From: Candidatus Latescibacterota bacterium
Lineage (GTDB): Bacteria > Latescibacterota > UBA2968
Length of the DNA: 64,000 nt
NCBI GenBank assembly: GCA_965208125.1
Contig: OZ242320.1
Span: 2,619,821 to 2,683,820 of the forward strand
Direction of reading: 5' to 3'
Shown in pieces: positions 8,773-18,599 of this stretch. Under the pieces are notes generated by a model that was not told the origin of the DNA, ran no database searches, and saw nothing but the letters and a program-made list of their open reading frames with translations. The translations under genes were made by a program, and so were the position numbers. How positions within the stretch are numbered: position 1 is the stretch's first letter; each line of letters starts with the position of its first letter.

Positions 8773-11478
8773 TTAATAATACGTCGTGACGGGGCCTGCC
8801 GATATAGGATCGACTTTCTCGGGATCAATGCCGAGTTCGTCGATGGCTGTGGCGACCTGTTCGCGTTTGATTTTACCTTGTTTTGCCAGGACGTGAAGCG
8901 CGGCCACAGCGATGCACTCAGCGTCAACTTCAAAATGCCGACGCAGAGCCTGGCGCGTGTCGCTGCGCCCAAATCCATCTGTACCGAGGACCATCATGTC
9001 TTCGGGTACCCAGGGGCGAATCATTTCGGGCAGGGCTTTCATGTAATCGGATGCAGCGACGATCGGACCATCGGTTTTTTCGAGTACTTTGACGATGTAC
9101 GGCTTTTTCTTTCGCCGCGTTGGGTGCAGCATGTTCCACCGTTCGGTCTCAAGTGCGTCTCGCCGCAATTCTTTGTATGAGGTGACGCTCCACACGTCGG
9201 CAGAAATATTGTATTCGGCGGCGAGGATTTCTTGCGCGCGCAGGGTTTCGCGGAGGATGGATGCACTGCCAAAGAGCTGAATCTTGTGCTGGCCCTGTTG
9301 TGTTTCGTGCGTTTTGAGCGGATAAATGCCTTTGACAATGCCTTCTTCAACACCTTTGGGCATGGGGGGATGTTCGTAGTTTTCATTGCCCAGGGTCATG
9401 TAGTAATAGACATCTTCCTGTTCCTGGTACATGCGTCGAATGCCGTCCTGGATGATGATGGCAATTTCGTAAGCATAAGCCGGGTCATAGGCAATACAGT
9501 TGGGAACGGATGAGGCGAGAATGTGGCTGTGTCCGTCTTCGTGCTGGAGACCTTCGCCGTTGAGCGTGGTGCGTCCGGCTGTTCCGCCCAAGAGAAAGCC
9601 CTTGCAGCGGATATCGCCAGCCAGCCACATGAGGTCGCCCACGCGCTGGAAACCGAACATGGAATAGTAGATGTAGAATGGAATGGTGTTGACGCCGTGT
9701 GTGGCATAAGCTGTGCCAGCGCAGATGAATGAGGACATGGCACCGGCTTCGTTGATGCCTTCTTCGAGGATTTGGCCGTCCTGGGCTTCTCGATAGTAGC
9801 TGATGTTGCCCGCGTCAACGGGTTCGTATATCTGCCCCAGGTGCGAGTAGATGCCGAGTTGCCGAAAGAGGGAATCCATACCAAAGGTGCGGGCTTCGTC
9901 CGGAATGATGGGGACGAGCAGTTTGCCGATGTCTTTGTCGCGGGCGAGTTTGGCAAACAGACGCGCAAAGGCCATGGTCGTAGAAGCCTGGCGGTCACCT
10001 GTACCTTTGAAGGCTTCGTCAAATACCTCGCGCGAGGGTGCTTGAATGGGTTTGGCCCGAACGCTTCGGGCGGGCAAATATCCGCCGAGTTCGCGGCGTT
10101 GTTGTTGCAAGTACTGCATTTCAGGGCTGTCGTCGGGGGGACGATAAAAGGGTGCTTTGCCCACTTCGCTGTCGGAGATGGGGATGTCAAAGCGCCGTTT
10201 GAATTCACGCATTTCGTCTTCTTCGAGCTTTTTTTGCTGGTGGGTCATGTTGCGGCCTTCGCCAGCTTCGCCCAGGCCATAGCCCTTGATGGTTTTGGCC
10301 AGGATGACCGTTGGTGCGCCCTTGTGCTCCACAGCGGCTTTGAAGGCGGCGTACACTTTTTCGGGGTCGTGACCCCCGCGACGCAATTTTTGGAGTTGTT
10401 CGTCCGAGAGGTGTTCGACCATTTTGAGCAGGTCGGGATGGGTGCCAAAAAAGTCGCGGCGGATGTATTCACCGGATTCGACGGTGTATTTCTGGTATTG
10501 ACCATCGACGACTTCTTCCATGCGCTGCTGAAGCAGGCCCTGGGTGTCTTTTTCGAGAAGCGGGTCCCAATCGTCTCCCCATATCACTTTGATGACATTC
10601 CAGCCGGCGCCGCGAAATACCTGTTCGAGTTCTTGAATGATTTTGCTATTGCCGCGCACGGGACCATCGAGGCGTTGCAGGTTGCAATTGATCACAAAGA
10701 TGAGGTTGTCGAGTTGTTCGCGGGTTGCCAGGCTGATGGCGCCGAGGGTTTCGGGTTCGTCTGTTTCGCCGTCGCCAACGAAGACCCAGACTTTGGAATC
10801 GCGAGTTGATTTGAGGCCGCGGTCTTCGAGGTAGCGGTTGAAGCGGGCCTGGAAGATGCCCACGAGGGGACCAAGGCCCATTGATACCGTGGGGAATTGC
10901 CAGAAGTCGGGCATGAGATAGGGGTGGGGATAGGAAGACAGGCCGCCGGGATTGCGGAGTTCTCGGCGAAAGTTTTCGAGATGTTCGGTGCTCAGCCGAC
11001 CTTCGAGGAAGGCGCGGGCATACATGCCGGGCGAGGCATGGCCCTGGAAGAAGACCTGGTCCCCGGAGAAATCGCCATTGGGTGCTTTGAAGAAGTGATT
11101 TTGACCCACTTCATATAGCGTGGCAGCCGATGCAAAGGTGGAGATGTGACCGCCAATGCCATCGGCTTCTTTGTTGGCACGGGTGACCATGGCCATGGCA
11201 TTCCATCGCACGAGACTTTTGATGCGGCGCTCGATTTCGCGGTCGCCCGGATAGGGCAGTTGTTTGTCGAGTGGGATGGTGTTGATATAAGGCGTATGGG
11301 GTGCAAAGGGTATGTCAACGCCCAGACTTTTTTGCGCTTCTTGTTCGAGGCGGTCGAGCAAATAGCGCACGCGGTCGGGACCGCCGTGTTGCAGAACATA
11401 AGCCAGTGATTCGATCCATTCTTCGGTTTCGATGGGATCGGTATCGCGAAATGTATCTGGTGCGACAGAATCGGCCAT
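8773..11478 (-). CDS. aceE: Pyruvate dehydrogenase E1 component, homodimeric (AceE) type
   Basis: 901 aa. Its length and N-terminus (DTDPIETEEWIESL) are typical of AceE-type E1. It is the first gene of the aceE-aceF-lpdA operon. Confidence 0.95.
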   Translation of the reverse strand: MADSVAPDTFRDTDPIETEEWIESLAYVLQHGGPDRVRYLLDRLEQEAQKSLGVDIPFAPHTPYINTIPLDKQLPYPGDREIERRIKSLVRWNAMAMVTRANKEADGIGGHISTFASAATLYEVGQNHFFKAPNGDFSGDQVFFQGHASPGMYARAFLEGRLSTEHLENFRRELRNPGGLSSYPHPYLMPDFWQFPTVSMGLGPLVGIFQARFNRYLEDRGLKSTRDSKVWVFVGDGETDEPETLGAISLATREQLDNLIFVINCNLQRLDGPVRGNSKIIQELEQVFRGAGWNVIKVIWGDDWDPLLEKDTQGLLQQRMEEVVDGQYQKYTVESGEYIRRDFFGTHPDLLKMVEHLSDEQLQKLRRGGHDPEKVYAAFKAAVEHKGAPTVILAKTIKGYGLGEAGEGRNMTHQQKKLEEDEMREFKRRFDIPISDSEVGKAPFYRPPDDSPEMQYLQQQRRELGGYLPARSVRAKPIQAPSREVFDEAFKGTGDRQASTTMAFARLFAKLARDKDIGKLLVPIIPDEARTFGMDSLFRQLGIYSHLGQIYEPVDAGNISYYREAQDGQILEEGINEAGAMSSFICAGTAYATHGVNTIPFYIYYSMFGFQRVGDLMWLAGDIRCKGFLLGGTAGRTTLNGEGLQHEDGHSHILASSVPNCIAYDPAYAYEIAIIIQDGIRRMYQEQEDVYYYMTLGNENYEHPPMPKGVEEGIVKGIYPLKTHETQQGQHKIQLFGSASILRETLRAQEILAAEYNISADVWSVTSYKELRRDALETERWNMLHPTRRKKKPYIVKVLEKTDGPIVAASDYMKALPEMIRPWVPEDMMVLGTDGFGRSDTRQALRRHFEVDAECIAVAALHVLAKQGKIKREQVATAIDELGIDPEKVDPISAGPVTTYY

Positions 11479-11561
11479 GGTAAAACCCCTTTGTTCTGTG
11501 GTGCAATGACGGGTATTTACAATAATATACGCGCGTATCCAAATGTCTCTTCTGTGCGTGA

Positions 11562-11590
11562 AATTTACGAGGGATAATGAATTTTGTCAA
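11562..11590 (-). promoter_or_regulatory. Putative sigma70-type promoter of the PDH operon
   Basis: On the minus strand the sequence reads TTGACA (11585-11590), a 17-nt spacer, then TAAATT (11562-11567). It lies about 85 nt upstream of the aceE start. Confidence 0.4.
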
Positions 11591-11746
11591 ATGTAGAGCG
11601 TATTTTTTTGCGAGAGAATGGCAAATTTTAAGGAAATGTATTTATATAAGATGTTGTTAATTAGTAAAATGATATTATTAGTTGACCGGTTGGTAAAATA
11701 TGGCAAAAAACAGGGCATCTCGCATCTTCCGGGAGGAGAAGAGATG

Positions 11747-12139
11747 TCAGGCGTCCGGTACTTGTTGTCCCCGATGGCAGGTCTGGCAGGTGATCTGGGT
11801 GAATTGTCCTTCTTTGAAGTCTTTGAGGATTTCACCATTGATTTTTTGCGTCATGGTAATCATGAGGCGCGCAATGTCTTTGCGGGGGTTTTCGTCTGAT
11901 GCAAAATCGTAAGTGGATAGGGATTGGCCTTCTTCCCCTTTGTGGCAAGCGTGACAGCGCACGCCCAGTGCTTTGCTAAAGTCTTTCATGTACTGCATGA
12001 GTTGCGCTTTTTTGATGTCTTTGGGCAGGACTTTTAAGTTGGTGTAGGTGTCGGGAATTTGGGCGAATGATGCGGTGACGATCAGAGAGATGAAGGAACT
12101 GATTGTGAGAATGAGCGCGATGAGTAGCGTGCGGTTCAT
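11747..12139 (-). CDS. Secreted dihaem c-type cytochrome (reaction-centre cytochrome-subunit-like family)
   Basis: 130 aa. It has an N-terminal signal peptide and two CxxCH motifs (CHACH, CQTCH). NLKVLPKD...LGVRCHACH resembles the PRC cytochrome c subunit-like family. An AGGAGG Shine-Dalgarno sits 4 nt upstream. Confidence 0.65.
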   Translation of the reverse strand: MNRTLLIALILTISSFISLIVTASFAQIPDTYTNLKVLPKDIKKAQLMQYMKDFSKALGVRCHACHKGEEGQSLSTYDFASDENPRKDIARLMITMTQKINGEILKDFKEGQFTQITCQTCHRGQQVPDA

Positions 12140-12149
12140 GGTGCCTCCT

Positions 12150-12253
12150 GAGGAAGTGTGAAGTGTGAAGTAGGAAGTGTGAAGTGTGAAGTACCAGCCT
12201 ATGGACGGTTGGGCAGGGCCTTCTAACTTCTCCCTTCTAACTTCTTCCTTCTC
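12150..12253. repeat. Purine-arm / pyrimidine-arm inverted-repeat element, copy A
   Basis: The purine arm (12150-12193) contains a perfect 21-nt tandem duplication, GGAAGTGTGAAGTGTGAAGTA x2. A 26-nt centre follows. The pyrimidine arm (12220-12253) carries CTTCTAACTTC twice. The arms are imperfectly complementary. Related copies lie at 33020-33116 and 23691-23740. Confidence 0.6.
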
Positions 12254-13271
12254 TTTTTAGCCATTGCAGTTGATTTGTTTGCGGAAAAGCGGCGATGGGG
12301 TTTTCAAGGGGTCCAATGCCTTCAAAGGTCATGCATACGCGATCGCCTTCGCGCAAGCCGCTTTCGAGATCGTCGTCAGAAAAAACAATGGGTGTGCCCC
12401 AGTAGAGGATTTGCAGGGTGTCGGGTTCAAGAGGTAAACGGGAAAAGAGCGATCTCTCGAGGTGAAAGAGGCCGTCGGGCATGTTGAGATGGTTTTGCCC
12501 GGTATGCCCTTCTTTGCAGGCTATGCGCGTGTTGTTGCGTATCACTTCGCAAGAGACGGCTACGCTGCTGTCGTCGAAAGCCGATTCGGTGACCATCAGG
12601 GGACCGAGGCTGGCGCAGCCGTGGGACCAGTTTTTTGCCTGGGGTAAGTTGAGGGGGTTTTCGGCTTCGATGCCGTTGTCGGTGTAGTCGTTGCCGCCTG
12701 TGTAGCCCAAACGCTCAATTTGGCCGGTGGCATTGAGGCCGTAGATGGTTACGAGTTCTGTTTCGGGTACGAGGCGCTGGGTGTTGTCTGGATGGGATAT
12801 AGAGCCACCGTGTCCGACGAGGGCAGCGGTGTCGTTTTTGGCAAAGAGTTCGGGAGTGCCGCCCTGCGCGCATTCCCGATATTTTTGATCATAGACGTTG
12901 ACGGCATCACCGGTGGCTTGTTTGGCTTCGATTTCGCGCAATTTGGCGCTGTCTTCGTGGGTGACGCCGGCCAGCCAGATCCGCAATTTGTGTGGCGCAT
13001 CTGTTGGTGCGGTTACCGGGCTGATGAGGTGCGGTTGATTGGGGTCGCCCGTGTTGTCCAGGAGGTCGCGGAGTGATAGGCGCGGCGCATTGCGGATGTT
13101 GATTGACTCTACTGTGGTTTCAATGCCGTTTTTGTTGCCTCCGTGGCGGTAGTAGAGGTCGTGAAGCGAAGCCGGGTGGAGGGCGCAGGCTGTGAGGTCA
13201 AAGACTTCGTCGCCTTTTACAAGCCCCAGGCGAGATCCCCGCTCGGGTTGTGCGAATTGCAATAGTTTCAT
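12237..13271 (-). CDS. Fumarylacetoacetate hydrolase (FAH) family protein
   Basis: 344 aa. PELFAKNDTAALVGHGGSISHP...ETELVTIYG...GYTGGNDYTD...AKNWSHGCASLGP follows the FAH-fold motif order (F.K, E.EL, GyT.gND, K...lGP). The last codons run into repeat element A. Confidence 0.6.
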   Translation of the reverse strand: MKLLQFAQPERGSRLGLVKGDEVFDLTACALHPASLHDLYYRHGGNKNGIETTVESINIRNAPRLSLRDLLDNTGDPNQPHLISPVTAPTDAPHKLRIWLAGVTHEDSAKLREIEAKQATGDAVNVYDQKYRECAQGGTPELFAKNDTAALVGHGGSISHPDNTQRLVPETELVTIYGLNATGQIERLGYTGGNDYTDNGIEAENPLNLPQAKNWSHGCASLGPLMVTESAFDDSSVAVSCEVIRNNTRIACKEGHTGQNHLNMPDGLFHLERSLFSRLPLEPDTLQILYWGTPIVFSDDDLESGLREGDRVCMTFEGIGPLENPIAAFPQTNQLQWLKREGRS

Positions 13272-13398
13272 AGTTTCCTCGGTGTTTGTGGGATGAAAAA
13301 CAAGAATAGTTATTATTGGGGCACCTGTAAAGCAGATAATTAGGTTCGCAATTGCGCGCTTTTTTTTGCATATTGAGGAACAAAAGGAGGCGGGTCTT

Positions 13399-14178
13399 AT
13401 GGCAATAGCACTGATTACGGGCGCGTCGAGCGGTATTGGTTTGGAATTGGCGCGGGTGTTTGCGGCTGATGGGGTTGATGTGATTTTGTCGGCTCGGTCC
13501 GAGGGTAAGTTGCATGCGCTGGCGAGAGAAGTGCAGGAGAAGTATGCTGTAAAGGCTGAGGTGATTGTGGCCGATTTGTCCGTGTCGGGTGAGGCTGAGA
13601 AGGTTTATGACCGGGTCGTGGAATTGGGATGGGATGTGGATTATCTGGTGAATAATGCCGGGTTTGGGGTTTATGGTTTTTACGCGGAGACAGATTGGTT
13701 GGCCGAAGCGGATATGTTGCAGGTGAATATTGTCGCTTTGACGCATTTGACCAAGTTGTTTTTGCCGGATTTGATCGATAGAGGTCGAGGAAGAATTTTG
13801 AATGTGGCTTCGACTGCGGCGTTTCAGCCCGGTCCGAGGATGGCCGTGTATTTTGCGACTAAGGCGTATGTGTTGTCGTTTTCAGATGCGATTGCCAATG
13901 AGTTAAAGGGTACGGGTGTGAGCGTGACTGCGCTGTGTCCAGGGGCAACGGAGACGGGTTTTCAACGCGCTGCAGGTGCAACGGGTTCGCGTTTGTTTGA
14001 TATGCGCGGATTGCCCACGGGTGCCGATGTGGCAAAATATGGGTACAGGGCTATGCAAAAGGGCAAGCGGGTCGCTATTCACGGGTTGATTAGTAAGATA
14101 CTGGCTTTTACTGTGCGCTTATTACCTCGACGGATTGTTGTTGCAACGACGAGAGCGTTGATTGCGAGGAGTGATTAA
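13399..14178 (+). CDS. Short-chain dehydrogenase/reductase (SDR)
   Basis: It has the ALITGASSGIG cofactor motif, NNAG and the YxxxK region. ATG 13399 follows the AAGGAGG Shine-Dalgarno. The ORF track start at 13366 is less likely. Confidence 0.85.
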   Translation: MAIALITGASSGIGLELARVFAADGVDVILSARSEGKLHALAREVQEKYAVKAEVIVADLSVSGEAEKVYDRVVELGWDVDYLVNNAGFGVYGFYAETDWLAEADMLQVNIVALTHLTKLFLPDLIDRGRGRILNVASTAAFQPGPRMAVYFATKAYVLSFSDAIANELKGTGVSVTALCPGATETGFQRAAGATGSRLFDMRGLPTGADVAKYGYRAMQKGKRVAIHGLISKILAFTVRLLPRRIVVATTRALIARSD

Positions 14179-15467
14179 GCCAGTGCATCTGCCTGTGCGC
14201 GGCTCTTAGATAGAAAGCGGTCCAGTTGCAGGCGCTCGGCATGGTTGGAATTGAGGCGAATGCGCAGGTGTACGTCGTTGCCCTCATAATCCCGGGTCAG
14301 TATTTCGCTGTGGGTGTAAAGTTGTGAGAGGAGTTTGCCTTCACTTTGTGGCACCTGAAGTTTCAGGGTGACTGCATCGGCAGCCAAAAAATCACATATC
14401 CCATTTTTGACCGCGTCGAGAGCAGCGGCATCGAGCGCAGAAATTGCAAGCGCATTGGGATTTTTTGCGCAGCGTTTTGCAATTTCTTTTTGTCGTTCAG
14501 AATCTGCGAGGTCCATTTTGTTATAGACAGTCAGGGCGGGTTTGTCATCAATTTTGAGTTTTGTGAGGACTTCGCTGACTGTGATCATTTGCATTTTGTA
14601 TTGCGAATGGCTGGCATCGACAACGTGAAGGAGCAGGTCCGCCTGTACGGCTTCTTGTAATGTGGCGCGAAAGCAGGCAAAGAGGTGGTGCGGTAAGCGG
14701 TTGATAAAGCCGACGGTGTCGGTGAGCAAGATGGGGCGATGGCTGTGTACATCGACGCTGCGCGTGGTGTTGGTCAAAGTGGCAAAAAGCTGATTTTCGA
14801 CCAGGACATTTTCACCTGAAAGCCCGCGCATAAGCGTGGATTTGCCCGCGTTAGTATAGCCTACGAGCACAACGTTAAAACTATGGCTGCGCCCTTTGCG
14901 GCTGGTGTCCATTTGACGTCTCACTCGTTTGAGGCTGTCATGGAGGGATTTTCCGCGCTGTTCGATCCACCTGCGGGTGGTTTCGGTGTGCGTTTCACCC
15001 GAGCCGAGGCCTGCGCGACGTTCTGCGTGGGGATTAAACTGGCGAATGCGTGGGCGCAAATAACGCAGGTGGGCCATTTGTACTTGAATTTGTGCGGTGC
15101 GTGTGCGTGCGTGTAAAGCAAAAATATCGAGGATGAGCAGGCTGCGATCGAGGATGCGTATCTCAATATGGGTTTCGAGGTTGCGCATTTGCGAGGGCGA
15201 AAGGTCATTGTCAAAGATGATCGCGTCGATATCTCTGTTTTTGGCCATTTCTCGAAGTTCGTCGATTTTGCCCGAACCGATATAGGTGGCTGGATCGGGT
15301 TTGTCGCGATTTTGCAATGTGCGATCAATTACCTCAAAGGTGGCAGTGGTGGCCAGGTGCGCGAGTTCTTCGAGAGATTCTCTGGCGCTGCGTGTGGAGA
15401 TCCCGCGTTGCGCCACCCCAACGAGAACGGCACGTCGTATGCCCTGTGCGTCAAAGATATGATCCAT
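14175..15467 (-). CDS. hflX: GTPase HflX
   Basis: 430 aa. It has the HflX N-terminal domain followed by a GTPase domain with G1 GYTNAGKST. Its stop overlaps the convergent SDR stop. Confidence 0.9.
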   Translation of the reverse strand: MDHIFDAQGIRRAVLVGVAQRGISTRSARESLEELAHLATTATFEVIDRTLQNRDKPDPATYIGSGKIDELREMAKNRDIDAIIFDNDLSPSQMRNLETHIEIRILDRSLLILDIFALHARTRTAQIQVQMAHLRYLRPRIRQFNPHAERRAGLGSGETHTETTRRWIEQRGKSLHDSLKRVRRQMDTSRKGRSHSFNVVLVGYTNAGKSTLMRGLSGENVLVENQLFATLTNTTRSVDVHSHRPILLTDTVGFINRLPHHLFACFRATLQEAVQADLLLHVVDASHSQYKMQMITVSEVLTKLKIDDKPALTVYNKMDLADSERQKEIAKRCAKNPNALAISALDAAALDAVKNGICDFLAADAVTLKLQVPQSEGKLLSQLYTHSEILTRDYEGNDVHLRIRLNSNHAERLQLDRFLSKSRAQADALA

Positions 15468-15512
15468 GTTGCCTCCTGAGTTTTTAGCTTATATTCATGA
15501 TAAGGTGAAGAT

Positions 15513-16043
15513 ATGTTGATGCAAAGTGAAATCGCTGGAGTAGGACGGCGTCTGCTGGCAACGGTGCTGGATTTTGTGATTTTGCACCTGGTGCTGACGG
15601 TGGTTCTGCGCAATATGCTGCTATCGCCTGCGGGTGTGTGGATGGTAGATTTTGTTTTTATTGTGATATATTCCGCGATATTTGTGGGGGTTATGGGCCA
15701 GACGCCGGGCAAGATGTTGTTGGGGTTGCGCGTGATTGATGCCCAGGGTGGTGGGTTGAGTTATGGGCAGACGTTTCGGCGTGCGGTGGTGAAGTGGGCG
15801 CCGGTTTTTGTGCTGTTTATTGTGATGGCTCTGTTGACGCCAGAGGAGTTGTACCAGCGTCCCTCAGATGGAGAGGGGATCGAGATGGTAGAGGTGGAGG
15901 CGGAGTCTGCTGTGGCTTCTTCGACCGCAATGGTGATCGGTACGGTGGTCTGGGTGGTGTTGATTCACATGGCGCGCCGCCATCCCGATGGTCAGGGGAT
16001 TCACGACCGCGTGGCAGAGACGTATGTGATTAAAACGAGGTGA
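15513..16043 (+). CDS. RDD family membrane protein
   Basis: 176 aa. It has AGVGRRLLATVLDFVIL and multiple transmembrane segments typical of the RDD domain. Confidence 0.7.
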   Translation: MLMQSEIAGVGRRLLATVLDFVILHLVLTVVLRNMLLSPAGVWMVDFVFIVIYSAIFVGVMGQTPGKMLLGLRVIDAQGGGLSYGQTFRRAVVKWAPVFVLFIVMALLTPEELYQRPSDGEGIEMVEVEAESAVASSTAMVIGTVVWVVLIHMARRHPDGQGIHDRVAETYVIKTR

Positions 16044-16046
16044 TGA

Positions 16047-18350
16047 TTATCGGGTGCCTGGAATAAAGAAGACAGCATCTTTTTTTGTGCTCTGATCGGC
16101 GTTTTTATCTGTGATTGTGAGTTTGAGGGTGTAGCGTCCGGGCGCGAGGTTGCTGAGGGGCATTTCGAGATAGGTGTTTTCGTCGGGGTTTGTACCGACT
16201 TGATCAAAGCTGAGGCCAACGGCCTCGGTATTTTTTTTGCCCAATTTGGCGAGGAGGGATACGAGCGCGAAACCGGTTTCCTGGCGTTTTTGCACTTCGT
16301 AGGAGATGGTGTAGCGCGTCTGTCCAAATTCGTCGCGTTTGAGGTTGTAGATTTCAAAGTAAACGTACATGGACATGCCGGGGACAAAGGTTGCCGAGGG
16401 CTGCGGCTGAATGTAGAGGTCGCCGCGCACAAAGGATGTGTCGGGTGCGCGATCCGCTTCGATGATGCGGGAGGCGATCTGGATGTCGCTCATCATCAGA
16501 TGGCTTTTGTCGTGATAGGCGGGCAAGTGAAGATTGGCCTGGCGATATGCGCCAATACGGTTGGTATTTTGACGCCACGCTTCAACGGCCAGTTCATATT
16601 CGCCGGGTTCGGCGATGTGGTGTACGCCGCTCAGGGCTTGTAAACCCCGGTCCCGGATATCATCGGTAATGTCGATGGCCAATGCACTTTTGGTGTTCTG
16701 AAAATTGAGGGCGCGAGGGTAGATAAGCGCGGTGCGGCGTTCGACGACCACAGTGGTGTCCGGATCTGTGGGCAGGGCCACATTGTCTAAAGGCAGGCCA
16801 AATATGACCTGCAATTCGGTTTTGTTCTCCGGTCCCCGAAAGGTGAGGGTGTCGAAGTAAAAGTCGAGGGGTTCGAGCGCTTCTATGCTGTACAATTCGG
16901 GTTCTACTGCCGCGAGCGATTGGGCGAGGGTGGCGGGGTTAAATTCGTTGAGGCGCTGAATCACGCTCATATACGAGCGCCCGGAGGATTCGGCATTGGC
17001 GAGATCTTCTTCGGTTAGCGATGGGACGGGGGCAAAATCGTAGTTCCCGCCCAAAAATTCATCGGTAAATGTAAATTCTGCGCCCTGTCCGAGGTCTTTG
17101 TATAGCCATACTTCCCAGGGGACAGAGGTCCAGCCGCTGGTCGTTGTGACAGGACGGTAGTCTGTAAAGCCCATATCGCCCACGCGACCTATGCCACCTT
17201 GCTCCATGGTGCGAATCGGATAGACGGGACCGACGAAGTTGGCCTCAATGCCCGCATCGCCGTAAATTGCGTACGCTCTTTGTTCTTGAATGCGCTGTAC
17301 GTCGAGTGGGACAATGGCATTGAGTTTTCGGGAGGTGGAGATGTAGTCGGGTTCGCCATATCGGATGTAGATTTCTCCTCGGCGATCCCACGGCCACTTT
17401 TTGCCAAAATGGGTTCTCGCATGCCATATCCTGCGGTAGTGTTCGGCTCGGCGCAGTGCGCCTCCCGAGGTTTTAAAGGGATCTTTTTGCAACCAGAAGC
17501 GTGTGAGAAAACGCTCGCGTTGTGTTTTGTCGTCCGAGGCTGACGCGAGGCGGTAAGCGCGCGCTTCGGCTCTTGAGCCGATGTAAGAGATGTCGTCAAA
17601 GAGAGGCTGTTCTTCTTTCGGCAGGGTCTCGATATAGCGTTGAAATGCCGCCAGTGCGCCTTCGTGGTCGCGTCTTTTTATGAGGGTCTGGGCGAGCAAT
17701 GGCAGTGCGCGGGGGTCTCGCATGCGCGATGTGATGTCTTCGAGGTCGCGGTATTTTTTGGCTTCGTATAGCGCGTAGGCAAATTGGTATGCGGTTTCGT
17801 GGTCTTCGGGGTTGCGCTCGAGGTATTTTTTGTAGTAGTAGAGCGCGACCTGATGCGCGCTACCTTCTTTGCGATGGGCGCGAGCGAGCAGGAGATAGGG
17901 CGAAGACAGGTCGGGGAATCGCGCAATGGTTTGTGAGGCCGCTTTTCGTGCGCGGCTTCCAGTGTCTTCGAGTGCGAGCAGGGTTTTGATAAGGCGGTCG
18001 TGGGCGTCCGCATCTGTGGTGTCGATGGCGACCGCTTTTTCGTAGTGCGACAACGCGCGGTCGGGTTTATTGTGCAGATTTTGGTACACGCGACCCAGGC
18101 CCGTGTGGGCAATTGCGAGGTTGGGGCGTAAGGCGAGTGCATTTTGAAAGGCTGCTTCAGCGCTGTCGGCTTCTTCAAGGCGCAAATAGAGCAGGCCCAT
18201 GCGCGCATAGTTCGCCGATGAATCAGACGCGGTAGCCAGATCTGCTTTCAACCGGTTGATGACGTCGTGGAGGTCGCGGTTTTGCGCGAATCCCGTGCTT
18301 GCAAAACTGATGAGGAGTAGATAAATGGTTGAGTAGAAGACTTTGTGCAT
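16047..18350 (-). CDS. TPR-repeat / GWxTD-domain protein (secreted)
   Basis: 767 aa. It has a signal peptide, N-terminal TPR repeats, and then FWLQKDP...YRRIWHARTHFG...RGEIYIRYGEPD...GWTSVPWEVW, which matches the GWxTD domain signature. Confidence 0.75.
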   Translation of the reverse strand: MHKVFYSTIYLLLISFASTGFAQNRDLHDVINRLKADLATASDSSANYARMGLLYLRLEEADSAEAAFQNALALRPNLAIAHTGLGRVYQNLHNKPDRALSHYEKAVAIDTTDADAHDRLIKTLLALEDTGSRARKAASQTIARFPDLSSPYLLLARAHRKEGSAHQVALYYYKKYLERNPEDHETAYQFAYALYEAKKYRDLEDITSRMRDPRALPLLAQTLIKRRDHEGALAAFQRYIETLPKEEQPLFDDISYIGSRAEARAYRLASASDDKTQRERFLTRFWLQKDPFKTSGGALRRAEHYRRIWHARTHFGKKWPWDRRGEIYIRYGEPDYISTSRKLNAIVPLDVQRIQEQRAYAIYGDAGIEANFVGPVYPIRTMEQGGIGRVGDMGFTDYRPVTTTSGWTSVPWEVWLYKDLGQGAEFTFTDEFLGGNYDFAPVPSLTEEDLANAESSGRSYMSVIQRLNEFNPATLAQSLAAVEPELYSIEALEPLDFYFDTLTFRGPENKTELQVIFGLPLDNVALPTDPDTTVVVERRTALIYPRALNFQNTKSALAIDITDDIRDRGLQALSGVHHIAEPGEYELAVEAWRQNTNRIGAYRQANLHLPAYHDKSHLMMSDIQIASRIIEADRAPDTSFVRGDLYIQPQPSATFVPGMSMYVYFEIYNLKRDEFGQTRYTISYEVQKRQETGFALVSLLAKLGKKNTEAVGLSFDQVGTNPDENTYLEMPLSNLAPGRYTLKLTITDKNADQSTKKDAVFFIPGTR

Positions 18351-18494
18351 GGATAATCCTTAGTAAGTGCCGCGGTAGTTTTTACACGTTTGTTTGGGTT
18401 TTTGGTTTCTTTTTAACATTAAAAACTTTTGTTGAATTTCTCAATGACTTTTGCGACTTATGAGGCTGTAAAGGTATAAATATATCTAATTTTC

Positions 18495-18523
18495 TTGACT
18501 TAGTTGAAGGGGCGTTTTATTTT
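18495..18523 (+). promoter_or_regulatory. Putative sigma70-type promoter upstream of the EIIA(Ntr)-like gene
   Basis: TTGACT (18495-18500), a 17-nt spacer, then TATTTT (18518-18523). A 7-bp hairpin TGTGTGC/GCACACA (18538-18558) follows in the leader. Confidence 0.35.
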
Positions 18524-18599
18524 CCGTCTGAAAGCGATGTGTGCGGGATAGGCACACAGGCAGGGATGTCTATGCTCTCACTCGAATGAAAGGGCATTT

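Noticed and set aside
9772-10809. A 345-aa plus-strand ORF, together with several 60-270-aa ORFs inside aceE.
   Set aside because: They are antisense or off-frame to the 901-aa AceE gene and have no recognisable motifs.
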